Shown here: piece after piece, positions 26,030-37,120 of the stretch | How positions within the stretch are numbered: the stretch's first letter is position 1 | Layout of the letters: every line of letters starts with the position of its first letter | Source of the DNA: Lama guanicoe | Taxonomy: Eukaryota | Reading direction: 5' to 3' | DNA: 64,000 nucleotides | Assembly: GCA_013239625.1 (NCBI GenBank) | Contig: MU054212.1 | Span: 9,658,898 to 9,722,897, forward strand | Program-made: the position numbers and the translations under genes | Notes under the pieces: model-generated | Database searches by the model: none | What the model saw: only the letters and a program-made list of their open reading frames with translations | Told to the model about the DNA's origin: nothing

Positions 26030-26200
26030 GAATTGAAAGTTGCATAATAACCAGGGTCCCTTGGAAACTTTTCATCTCATAGCGGAGACTGATTAAATAG
26101 CAACAAAAATAAATTATGTATACACAGGGTTGTAAAAGCATCCAGAGACCTGAGACTTGGGGTCTGCGCCTCATATAAATGCAAATACTGTAATAGCATT
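26030..26200. promoter_or_regulatory. AT-rich candidate CNE
   Basis: Contains TGCATAAT, TGATTAAAT, AACAAAA and the octamer ATGCAAAT (~26179). Confidence 0.4.
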
Positions 26201-26672
26201 GCAGTGGGTCCCCACCCCCACCCCGCACACACCTGGGGAGGGGAGGGTCAGAGCCCGGGAGGATGGTGTACAGCTCAGCGCCTGCTGGGGCTTTAAACAA
26301 AACCTACAGCCACGCATGAAACCCAACCCAGGGCAGAAAGAGACTGACCGGAGATAACTAAGGTTTAGGACCCAGTGTGCAAACCAAAGGCTGCAAGAGC
26401 AGTTTACATGTCTTGCGTTGGCTGGGCAGGTGGGGGCAGAACCCGGAGGTGCAGATGGAGTGCTGGGAGGGGCGATGAGCAGCGAGCTAGGAGGCCTGTT
26501 TTCCTGGCTCCACAGCAGACATGGCCTCCCCTGCCCGGCCTCTGCCAGTGACTCCCTCCCAGGGCTGAGCCACAGTAACCCGCCCTCCGGGACGCCCCGC
26601 CCAGGCTGCTCCCTCCTTGGGCTCCCCCACTGCTGGCGGGGGTGGGTGGGGGTGGGGGTGGTGTTGCTGCTT

Positions 26673-26789
26673 CTCACCCTGGGGATTGCAGTAGGGTGCT
26701 CACTTTAGCAGCTCTCACTCGGGCTGAAGGACTCACCCTACGGATCGCAGTAGGGTGCTCACTTTAGCAGCTCTCACTCGGGCTGAAGG
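26673..26789 (+). repeat. Tandem duplication, 59-bp period x2
   Basis: CTCACCCTnnGGATYGCAGTAGGGTGCTCACTTTAGCAGCTCTCACTCGGGCTGAAGG starts at 26673 and 26732, with 3 mismatches. Confidence 0.95.
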
Positions 26790-27317
26790 TGGGGCAGGAA
26801 CTTTTTATAGCTGCAGGTGTCTCTGGGCAGGGCTGCCTCCCCCACGCTCCCTCCTTTGCCAGCCTCCCCCTCAGCCCTGGTTCTGGGGAACGCATGCCTG
26901 GGCCAGGCTGCTAGAGGCCTGGGCAGCTGTGTCTGGCCTGGGTGCCAGGGGTGAATAAAAGGAGAAAAGGACTCCTGACTCCAGTTCAGTTGGGGGTCAT
27001 GGTGAGCTGTGTGCCCGGAGCCCCCTCCACTCCCCTCTGCCCGGGCACAGCTCTGTCCCCAGCTGTGCCTTATTCATCACCTGCCCAACATCTAGTCACT
27101 ACCTGGCATACAGTAGGTGCCCAATAAAAACTGGCCAGTCATTATGTCCCTTGACAGAATGTTCTTCTTTTCCCAGGGGGCTGTCGTCCCCTTCTTATTT
27201 TTGTGTCCCCTCCTCTTTCTGCTACACAGTTGCTCTCTTCCTTAAGTTACGTGAACCCTCCATAAACCAGTCATCATAATAGGATTAAAGTATTAAACTT
27301 CCATGGCCGGTGAGCCC

Positions 27318-27460
27318 AGCACTTTATACATTTCAAAGTGCCATCTTATTCAATCTCTCATCTTCCTAACTCCTCTGCAAGGCTGTCTGGGCAGCACCAT
27401 CATGCCCAATCTACAGATGAGGAAACTGAGGTCCTGGGAGGCTGGCCCGGGCTCACATAA
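27318..27460 (-). mobile_element. MIR
   Basis: CCCAATCTACAGATGAGGAAACTGAGG is the reverse MIR core, with MIR-like flanks. Confidence 0.8.
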
Positions 27461-28119
27461 TTAGGCCTCCTGAGTCCTAGGCTTCTGTCCTGTGGAAAAG
27501 CTATGAAGGCATGGCATAGGTCTCCCCGCCTTGAACATTTAATTTTCCACTGATTGCAAGGAGTGAGGGGCATGAAGGATACCTGCCCGTTGCCAGCTCT
27601 GCTGGGGCAAGGAGGCTGCAAGGCTGGGATACCAGGTGGTTTGGCCTTGGGTCCTGTCTGGTCCTCCCTTTGGGTCCACTCTTGCTGGGCCCCTGACCTC
27701 CAGGTCACAGTGGCTGAGGAGCAGCCGGCACTGCAGTGGGCCCTGCCTCTCATCTTAGATGGGAGGCTGTCGTGAGGGTCACTGGAGGGCATGGGGATGC
27801 CCCCAGAACTCATCCCAACTGCCCTTATCTCAGGAATCACCCCACCCCCTGCGCCCCACCTGCACCACCAGAGAGGGAGCTGGGAGGTGGGGAGGGAAAG
27901 AGGGCACCTGCTCTCCCATCACTTGTTTGAAAAGACTGAATTAGAGAAAGGAGGGAAAAACAAATGAGAGCAATCAGGGCAGGCGGCACTGTCCTCCAAC
28001 TGTACAAACAGTGACAATAAGCCAGGTGCCATGAAGACTGCGTAGGAACCAGACAGAGCAAATCCCAGCGGCGAGACTGTCCCGCAGACGTGGCCAGCGC
28101 CTCCCACTTACTGTTCACG

Positions 28120-28360
28120 CCCTCCGCTTGCAGGAAGCCTTCCTGGATCGACCTCCTGCCCCTAATGATTTCCTTCTCAGCAACTTCTTGCTCTTTATAT
28201 GTCATGCTCTTTTGATTTGTTCTTGGTTAGATGTGAGCCTGCAAGTACTGCCAAGTGGTCCTCTAACGTCCTGCCCCAGTCCACGGGGGGTACAACACGG
28301 GAGTGCTCTTGCCACGTACGTGCATTTCTGATGTTCTATGAAACCAGTGAATGGATGGGG
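28120..28360 (+). mobile_element. L2 fragment
   Basis: CAGGAAGCCTTCCTGGAT...TTAGATGTGAGC...GTGAATGGATG follows the L2 3' region. Confidence 0.5.
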
Positions 28361-29164
28361 TGAACTGGATGAACTGCTGTTGGAGGTGAAGAGTGATGTC
28401 AAGTGTGGTTGAGGAGTGATGTCAAGTGTCCTCCAGTGGGGTGCCGCCCTTCCAGCTTTCCAAGTTCAATGCCTCCCGCACTCATCTCTCCCTGAGAAGC
28501 GACTGTGCTGTTGAGCAGGGACGGGCTCAAGAGACCCCTTCTTTCTGCAGGTGAGGACACAAGGGGCTGCCTAGGGCAAGAGCCACTCCAGATCACCCAG
28601 CAGCTAAAGGTGGCGTGCCTGCAATCCCCAGCCCTGGTCTTGCCAACACAATGCATTTTCTCCTCTGGGGGGGCCATCCTAATTCTATTGTCTGGTCCCC
28701 AGTTAGACTGAGTGCTGCCTGAGGGTCACATCTTCTGCTCTGTCTGTGCTGGTAACATCAGAACCATTGTTTTTGGAAATTCTCTCAAAACACCATGTCG
28801 CAGCCATGGCTCTTTGTCTCAGAACATCTAGTAAGGACCAGTCAACAACAGGACAGGCCACCTGTTGGAAGGTGGGTGCAAGCAAAGATAGCTGAGCATG
28901 TGTGGGAGATGCTGGGGACAGGATTCCTAAAACGGGCATGAGGATGGACCACAGGGTTTCAAAGTTTTACTCTCTCCCTAAGGTTTTATGATTCTGTCCG
29001 TCTGAGGATGAAGGGACAGGTGGAGAAGTAGGCTGGATGGCACGTGTCTGGAGCCCTGGAAGATGGCTTGCTTTGTTGAAATCGGTCCTTGAGATTGGCT
29101 AGCTCCTTCAGGACTCTAAATCCCCTACGAGAGGCGGAGATCAGAAGGTTTTAAGTAGAGAAAT

Positions 29165-29380
29165 CTTAGTTGAGCGCTCATGACATGGAAGACGCTACTT
29201 AGCCGGCTGGATGCTGAGTGAGGCTAAGACAGAGGAATCAGGCCTGGTGTCTGACTTCACTGAGCTTATAGTTTTGTTGGGGAGAAGGGAAGCTGCACAT
29301 AAACTGAAACATAAACCATAAAAAGCAAGTTAATAATAAAGAGTTCGGAATGAAGAGAGAAGCTGTGTTTCAAGGCCATA
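29165..29380 (-). mobile_element. L2 fragment
   Basis: TTGAGCGCTCA...CTGACTTCACTGAGCTTATAGTTTTGTTGGGGAGA resembles a reverse L2 3' end. Confidence 0.55.
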
Positions 29381-31431
29381 CACGATGAGCTGCCCAGTGA
29401 TGGACACAGACAACAAGGCCCGGGGTCACTCCGAGGAGGAGGGAGCACCCACTTCTGGCTGTAGGGCTCATACAAAGCTCTGGAGGCTTGTTTTGGGCAT
29501 TTTCAGTCTGTTAGCTTCTGCTGGGACCATTGGGATTTGAAGTCCAAGGACCACCCAGCAGAGCCCATTAATGGCCCGGAAGCCCAGAGCCACTCCTGCG
29601 GCTCGCCTGTGGGAGGGGATGTGTGACCCATCATCCTCATTGGAGTGGCTGCCTGTGTCTTTGTCCCCAAGGGCAGTGCTGACAAACAGGGGGCTCAGCC
29701 ATTGTTCTCTCTGCCCTTCCTGCCTCTGGGAGTGAGGTCTGCTGCCTCATTACACAGCAAGGTGTGGCGCGAGGGGCAGTTGGTGCCTCTTCTCCCCAGT
29801 GGGTTGAAGGTGCAGTGGAGAGAGTGGACGCGCAGCGGCTGGTCTGCTGATGACAGGAAATCCAGCTGCAATTAATGAACACCTAGAGCCAGCAGCCTGT
29901 CCCAGTGGAGGGGGTTGGGGGGAGACTCTGGTCCTTAGACCCAGTTCCCCAAGTGCCTGGTTTCGGACGCAGCTCATAAGCCCACCATCCAACACCCCTG
30001 TCCCGTCCTCAACCCCCACCTTCACTTCCCAGCTGGGGAGCAGGGAAAATGAGGGCACCTTCCTTTGCTGCTTCTTGTCTTCCCTCGGGAAGGAGGGCAG
30101 CTTGGTGGTGGTGGTGGTGGCAGCGTGCATCCAGACCTTTGGATCACCTCCTCTGAGACTCTGGGAGGCAGGAAAGGCAGGTCCGCAGGAGGGGAAACTC
30201 GAGGGGGTGTGGCGAAGGTCCAGAGCGGGCCCTGCCCTCTCTTGTAACGGCTCCCATCTCCCCCAGCTCCCATTGGCTCTTCCCTTGGCTCCCCTTTGGG
30301 GACTTCACCTGACATCCCATATTTCAGGCCTTACAGCCTTAGCATCTTGTTTGCCCATGAACACACCCCCTTTTTAGCAGAGCTGAGACGGGGGAAATCT
30401 TTCCAGCTGAGCTTTCTCCAAGAGAGGAACGTGAGCATCTAGAAGCCACGAAGGACTGCATATCTTGCGAGAGGCCCAGGGCTTGGCTGGCTGGGTCTGG
30501 GTGAGGCTGCCACGCCTCCCCTTCCCCACACCCGGCGGCAGCTCCTGCACCTCTCGTCTGATTTCTGCCTCCTTAGCCACTAAATTTCTCTCTCTCATCT
30601 TAGAAAGGTCTCTGTCCTCAGTTTTCTTTGCAGGGCCGACTGAGACAACTGACAAGTTTTGAACTTAACAAATGATCAAGCTCTTCTCAGCTCAGGATCT
30701 CGGCAACACCCACTTGCCTGGGTTCTCTGCGATGATTTATCACCCAGGTGCTGCCCCCCTGCCCCCACCTCATCACACACCTACCAAGTCCCAGCTCCCT
30801 GGAGACTCCCAACAGAGGGAGCTGCTCCCTTTGGTTCAGCCTTAATTGACACCCAGGTTCCCCGCCCTCCTGCCCATCCGAGTGTGTCTTCCTGAGGGAC
30901 CAAACGCAGGAGGACCCCCGATCTCCCAGGCAGAGTCCCACACAAGCATCCAGAAAGCCCGCAGGGAGGGGAGGAGAAAATTTGGGGATATGAGGAAATG
31001 GGCCCCGAATGCTCACAGAGGGCAGGTGGGCAGCGCTCCAGGACCCCTAGGCTGGTCCCTGCATCTCTCCTGGCACCTCTCTCAGAGGGGCTGGGGAGGG
31101 CAGGTGCAGGTAGCAGGAGTGACTTCACATCTTTGTTGCTCTAGCTGCTGGGCTGAAAATAGTCCTCTCTCGGGCAGGCTGGCTCAGGGCGTGAAAAGCT
31201 CCGCTCCCAGGGAGCAGCAGGAACCAGCCAGGGACAAAAATTAACCACGGGTCTGGCGCTTGCTGGCTTAGCTGAGGAACACAAGCGTCAGCTCTGCAAT
31301 CCTGCTTACCGCTAAGTTTGTTTAAGACAGGGTAACCACACGGTCACCCTACTCGGCTCACTGCGACCCGAAGATGCTCCCACGGTCAGACTCTCATCTT
31401 TGCCTCCCCATTTCCTGAGGGCTTCCTACCC

Positions 31432-31575
31432 TTGGGCACTGTGCTAAAGGCTGCATACCAGGTGGTGTCTGATCCCCAGCCACTCTGGACACAAGCAGTA
31501 GCACCCCCAGTTTACAGATGGACACGAGGCTCAGAGAGGTTAATCAGCCTGCCTAAGATCACACAGCCCAGAGGC
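31432..31575 (-). mobile_element. MIR
   Basis: GGCACTGTGCTAA...CCCCAGTTTACAGATGGACACGAGGCTCAGAGAGGTTAA...GCCTAAGATCACACAGC matches reverse MIR. Confidence 0.8.
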
Positions 31576-31894
31576 GGGCTCATGTGCCAGGGCTGTCTGA
31601 CCCCAGCACCTTCCAGGCTGTGACGGGTCTACAGCTCCCATTCCCATCTCCCAGCTGCTGCTCAGGAAGACGAGTGATGTCAGGAGCTGTGTTCCTGGGG
31701 TTCCCAGGAGGGATGGTCAGGAATGGAGGCATGCTCTCCCCACCTCTGCTGTTGCTGGAGGCAGTTTCTGGAGCCAGAGAGAGTGTAGTACTTCCCTGCC
31801 TCTGCCCAGGGGCCGGCATCTCAGCGCCTGCATCCGTGATCGCTGGTAATCTTGTCTATTCCCAGCACGATCCCCAACCTTCATTTCCACCCTA

Positions 31895-32010
31895 AAGTAC
31901 ACCAGATAATTAAGTCTCTCTCAGGCCTCCTCAGTATAATGCAGATTAATTTATTATTTAAATCTGAATAGAATATTAGCTCATTGTCTTAATAGTTCTG
32001 ATAAATGCTG
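31895..32010. promoter_or_regulatory. AT-rich candidate CNE
   Basis: Contains ATAATTAA, GATTAATTTATTA and CATTGT (SOX-like). Confidence 0.4.
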
Positions 32011-32776
32011 GGGGTGGGGGGCACAGGGTGGGAATCCTCCTTCCCACTCCACTCACCCCCTCCCCTTCCTCCGATGGAATAGAAAGGCCCCACAGGGCGG
32101 GGCTGGGGGCGGCTCCAGACCCTTCTAGCACATCCTGGACCTGCGTGTCCCTCAACTGGCTCTCTCAGCAGAGGCCTGGCCTCCCACCCAAGAAAGAAAG
32201 AAGGGGAAGGCGGGGAAGGCAGGAACCACAGAGGAAATCCCCAAGCTGGAGGCTTTCTTCCTGCTTTTTGGACAGGATGGGGAGAGGGGGCGGGGCGAGA
32301 GTGCAGGAAACAGTTTCTGAGCACCCATGGAGGGTCTGAGGGCTGGAAAGGTTCTCAGCACCTCAGTCTGCCCTTCTCAGAAATGGCCCTGGGACAAGGA
32401 CGTCTTCACCAAATGACCCAGACAGTGCTTTGGATGGGGCTGGTGGTGTGTGGGGGCTCCGACAGAAACTAGGGGCTGGGGGTGCAAACTGTCTTGGCTT
32501 TGCCAACACTCTGCCTCCCCGCCCTCCCCCTTTTCCTGTGTCTCAGGGCACCGAGGTAAGTCCTCGGAGGGCGGCCCTTCCTGGCAGGCCCACCCCTTCC
32601 CCTTACACAATCGCCAGTGGAGAGGAATTCAGGCTCTTCCTGGCTGCTTCCGTCTCCTGCAGAGACGTCCTCTCAACCTCCCCATCTCCGCAGCAAGTAC
32701 TGCGACCCTTAGACCCTTAATGTCTGGAGCGCGCTGGCTTGGGAAGGGAACTGTGGGCCCTCTGACAGAGCGCCTC

Positions 32777-33139
32777 TGCCATGGGCTGAATGTCTGTGTC
32801 CCCCTGGAACTCACATGTGGAAGCCCGAATCCCCCACGTGACGGCATTAGGAGGAGGGGCTTTGCAAAGTGGTTAGGTTCAGATCAGGTCGTGAGGGTGG
32901 GGCCCCATGGTGGCATTAGTGCCCTGGTTAGAAGAGGAATAGCTCGATCCCCTTCTGCGAGTGAGGTCTCGGGCATGAAGGCGGCTGTCTGCAAGCCAGG
33001 AAGTGGGCTCTCGCCAGGACCTGGATCTGCCAGTACCTTGATCCTGGACTTTTCAGCCTCTGTAATCATGAGAAACAAATGCCTTTCGTTTGAGCAACCC
33101 AGTCTGCAGTATTTTATCACAGCAGCCTGAGCTAAGACA
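32777..33139 (+). mobile_element. ERVL-MaLR solo LTR, MLT1A/MLT1A0-like
   Basis: 363 bp, TG...CA termini (TGCCATGGGCTGAATGT ... GCAGCCTGAGCTAAGACA). Internal MLT1 hallmarks include CTGTCTGCAAGCCAGGAAG and CCTTGATCCTGGACTTTTCAGCCTC. Perfect 5-bp TSD GCCTC at 32772-76 and 33140-44. Confidence 0.92.
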
Positions 33140-33144
33140 GCCTC

Positions 33145-33205
33145 ACTTTATAGACGCGGAGACTGAGGCAGGAGAGGTCAAGGGTTGCCCTCTGGTTGCA
33201 GAGGG
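33145..33205 (-). mobile_element. MIR fragment abutting the LTR
   Basis: ACTTTATAGACGCGGAGACTGAGGCAGGAGAGGTCAAGGGTTGCCC matches the reverse MIR core. Confidence 0.7.
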
Positions 33206-33694
33206 AGTGGGTGGTCATGGGATAAATGATGTGACTGGTGTTCCAGGTGCCATGCTGCCCAGTGACACTGGGGTGAGTATCCATCTTGGGGGTGCTTGGC
33301 GAGGCAGGGTGGGGCACAAGAGGACTGCCATGTGGTCCTGCCCCAGGGCACTGACAGAGTGGAATCTATGAAGGCATCTCTTCATAGATAGGGTAGAAGC
33401 AGCTCAAACAGCTGTCCTGAAGGATGAGGAAGCCAAGGTCCACAAGATCAGGGCCGATGGAGGGGAGGAAGTTTCCCTGCCTCCCAATGCCAGGCGCACT
33501 CACCATGTCTGAAGCTCCCCTGGCTGCACCTGAACTTGGGGACAGTTGGTTTAGGGTCATGTCTACCCTAGTGCTCCCACCAAGGTCTGGAGTCGAGTGG
33601 GCGCCCTTGGCACAAGAGGTATTGAATCCAGCCAGGAAAAATACATGGGACACATCGTGTGGCTGTGGTTTCTTCACACCATCCAGTCATACAG

Positions 33695-33920
33695 CTGGCA
33701 ATTAATTTCCCCTATAAATGAAACACCTTTCATATCACTTTATCTGGAGAGCTTGAATTGACAGCAGCGGGTGTAATTTATACATACTTTTTACCCATCT
33801 GTTAGCATTCAGGCTTCAGGCTGCTGGCGTTCTTTTTTTTTTTTTTTCTTCAATTCTCTCCTCAAATTGAAAGGATTAGGTTAGGATTAGGTGAGTGTTT
33901 TAACCAGATATTCACAAAGA
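33695..33920. promoter_or_regulatory. AT-rich candidate CNE
   Basis: Contains CAATTAATT, TTGACAG, GTAATTTAT, two GGATTA and a poly-T run. Confidence 0.4.
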
Positions 33921-34039
33921 TGGATGGCGGTGTTTCCAGACGGCCGGTGCCCAGGGGAGGCCCTCACACAATGGTGGCCAGGTGGGGCTCAGTGATCTGG
34001 GAAATTGCCTCCACCCGAGAGCCAGCAGCCCTGCAGTCC

Positions 34040-34190
34040 GATGCTGGAGCTGCAGAGGGCCTCAGGGACTCTCCAGGCCTGTCCTTCATTTTACAGACAA
34101 GAAGACTGAGGCTCAGAGAATCGGAGGGACACGTGCAAGGTTGAGCAGCTGGTCAGGGGCAGAGCCAGAGCTGGACCGGGGTCTGGCTGG
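34040..34190 (-). mobile_element. MIR
   Basis: TCATTTTACAGACAAGAAGACTGAGGCTCAGAGA...GGCAGAGCCAGAGCTGGA matches reverse MIR. Confidence 0.8.
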
Positions 34191-35214
34191 AGGGAGCACC
34201 AGAGGGCGGGTCAGAGGGGTCTGGATGGGGCCTTGAGATACTTGGCTGACCAGGGTCCAGTCCCTCCTACCCCTTGGTATCCCTGGAAGTGGACACGACC
34301 TGGCCTCAGGCTCCTGTGATGCACAGATGAACGCCGCAGGGCCCTGCCTTCAGAGATCCCGTGCAGACCTCTGGCCCTCGGAATGGCCCACCTCCACCTC
34401 TCAAGGCCACAACAAGGTGTCCATGGCCACTGCCTCCTTCATCCCCTCCTTCTTGTCCAGGCTCAGTCCTGGAGCCATTAGCAGTGTGACTCTGTTTGGT
34501 TAGAACCAGTAAGATAGCTCTGTGTTAATGCGGGGGCCTGGGGAGATTTGGCCATTAAATGTTACATTAGACCCAAGGTGTCCTGTACATGCTCCCAGTG
34601 GAGTTTTTCAGGCAGCCTTAGCTGGGGGGCCCTGGCGAGGGGGAACGTGCTGGAACTGACAACCAGGTGGAGAGGAGGGGTGCTGGGCTGCACGCTCTCC
34701 CTGGAGCTCCGAGGACATCCTGGAGAACCGCGGAGGAAGGGCAGGCGTGTCCTTGCCTCTGGTTCAGCCCCAGCGGGCCCCGCTGGCCATGGCTGGGTGC
34801 CCAGTTTGTCCTGCGCCCAGCGGGGCAGCAGCCCAGCTCACCTCGCAGCCCTGGGCAGCCCTGATTTCACTTCTCTTACCGTCTGGGGGCACATCCTCCT
34901 TATTGGACCAGATGTCCTGAGTTTTAGCTCCAAAAATACACGCTTGGAGGTGAGGGAACAGACAGAGGAGAAGCTGTTTCCCTTTCCATGGAGGAGGTGA
35001 GACCCACAGGGAATAATTAGCTAATGGCACTGGCTTAACATACAACTACCTACATCCCAGGGGGCAGGTGACTGCTGTTCTGAGCGGCCAGGAGTGGAGA
35101 GATGCCTATTGGCTGAAGTCACCTACCGGGCCTTTCTACCCTCCTGCCTAACTACCCATCCTATCTAACATCCTACCTAAGTACCCATCCACCTAATTCC
35201 CCACACACCAAACT

Positions 35215-35425
35215 AGTCATCCACCTGCTTAGAACTTTGAGTAAACCGTGCAGACTCGCTGGGCCCAGGTTCCTCTGTTGAAAATGGAGATAAGAATTCT
35301 CCCCTGATCCCCTCCTGAGCTTGTTTAACGGATCTGGTGGACCCAGCGATGATTTGTAAAGTGATGTGAGGAATACAAATGCCAGATGGCGGGTGTATTA
35401 TAATTGCTGTTACCGTTACTACCAC
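35215..35425 (+). mobile_element. MIR
   Basis: CTGGGCCCAGGTTCCTCTGTTGAAAATGGAGATAA...TTTGTAAAGTG...TATTATAATTG matches MIR core and tail. Confidence 0.55.
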
Positions 35426-36492
35426 ACTCTTGGTACCTAAACCCTTCCTGACTTGTGAGATTTGCCTCCGTCGAACCAGTGACTCTGCACATCACTGAAG
35501 GAAGGTTTGGGAATTTGTTTTAAAGATCTCCTCCCAGCCCTGTGGGGCGGGGCAGATCCTGGAGGACACTCCAGCTGCCCCGCCCCCTCCCTGTTTTCCT
35601 GCCCGGCTTCAGACTCAGCACAGGGAGCTGGCTCCTCCCCGCCTCCCAGAGCTCAGCAACAGGAGGAGGAACAAACCAGGGAGGGGGACTGGGGAGCAGG
35701 CCTGCGGGGCTGCGCGAGCATTAACGGCCGGGCTGTTTGCAGGGAGACCGCAGACAGATGCTGGCTGTGCTTGTGTTTTCTAACGTGAAAGCCTCAGAAC
35801 CAGAAAAAACAAACTGGGAGCTTTAAAATCAGCAGGCTAATTGTTCGGATGGGAAGATATTATTTACAGTAACGGGGCCATTAGGAAGGAGGGGTGGAGT
35901 GAGCCTGGTGTGGCTGATGGGGCAGCCAAGGGGACATCATCCTGAGCCAGGCCACCTGCCTTGTGGTCACCCTTTATCTCACAAGGTCACCCTCTTTGAG
36001 GGAAGGTGCACCAGAAACAGAAGGGGACATCCACTAGCCCAGGGCTTTGGGAGTGGCAACCAGATCACCTCCCCATCCAGCACTAGACACGTGGCCCTGG
36101 GTGTCTTCTCTTCCTTAAGGCCCAGTTCAGTCCCCCTCCCTCAGGAAGCCCTCCTGACTACCACCACTCACAGGCGTTCTCCTCTGAACCCACCCTGATC
36201 TCCACGTCTGAGCAGCAGAGACCCTTGACCACACAGCACCCTCTCTCTGGAGCTTCTCCTTTAGATGGGACCCTGCTAGGGTCCATTCTGTCTTGGGAAG
36301 GGAGAATGAATCATTACACAGGGGCTTTAGGAAAGTGGATTGGGGCTGGGGGTGGGGAAGAGGGAGGGATAAAAGTCAGTAGCAGTGGTTTATTTGAAAG
36401 AATAAATTAAAAAAATGAGTTAACAGGGCGTGGAAACTGCTGGGCCACTCCCTGAACTTCCCACTTCCTCCTTCCACCTCTGATGCTGGAGA

Positions 36493-36538
<46 letters not shown>
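36493..36538. repeat. Compound microsatellite (TG)10(AG)13
   Basis: Direct read of the sequence. Confidence 0.95.
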
Positions 36539-36545
<7 letters not shown>

Positions 36546-36974
36546 TTCTTCTGGAGAAGGGCAGCTTTGTTTATTTTGGCCATAACCTTGGCTTTTGGGT
36601 AGAGCAGGGTGGTGGGACTCTTTGGAGCCTGGAGCAAAGAATTTACTATTCATAAGTGACCTCGCTCGCTGTAAATGGACCCCAGCCCTGTGGAAGGGCT
36701 CAGCGATGACGCCCTCCACCTCCCCACACAGGTGCCTCCCCCTGGGGAGTTCGTCAAAGCCTCAAGCAGCAGCTCCTGACCACCTGCCTGCAGTGTCCCC
36801 AGACCTATCCTGGACGCCAGTCTCATCCATCCTGCCCATACAGGGCTTCTGTTGGGATGTGAGGGCCCTGAGGGCAGGGCAAACACCATGGGGCCGGGGC
36901 GATGGGCTCAGCACCTCACCCACGCTCTCACACATAGTAGGAACTCAGGAAACAATAGTATAATAGGCCTGATC

Positions 36975-37120
36975 TGAGCATCTTATGCACATTGACTCAT
37001 TTAACTGGCACAGTGGTTCACTTCACAGACCGGAACGCCGAGGCAGGAAGAAGTTAAGTAATTGGTCCCAGGTTGCACCATCAGTAAGTGGTAGTGCTGA
37101 GATTCAAGGCCAGCCAGACA
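36975..37120 (-). mobile_element. MIR
   Basis: ACTCATTTAA...GAAGTTAAGTAATTGGTCCCAGGT...AGTAAGTGGTAGTGCTGAGATTCAA matches reverse MIR. Confidence 0.7.

Noticed and set aside
28391..28429. 16-bp direct repeat GAGTGATGTCAAGTGT, 23-bp period
   Set aside because: Ordinary small slippage duplication with no sign of function.
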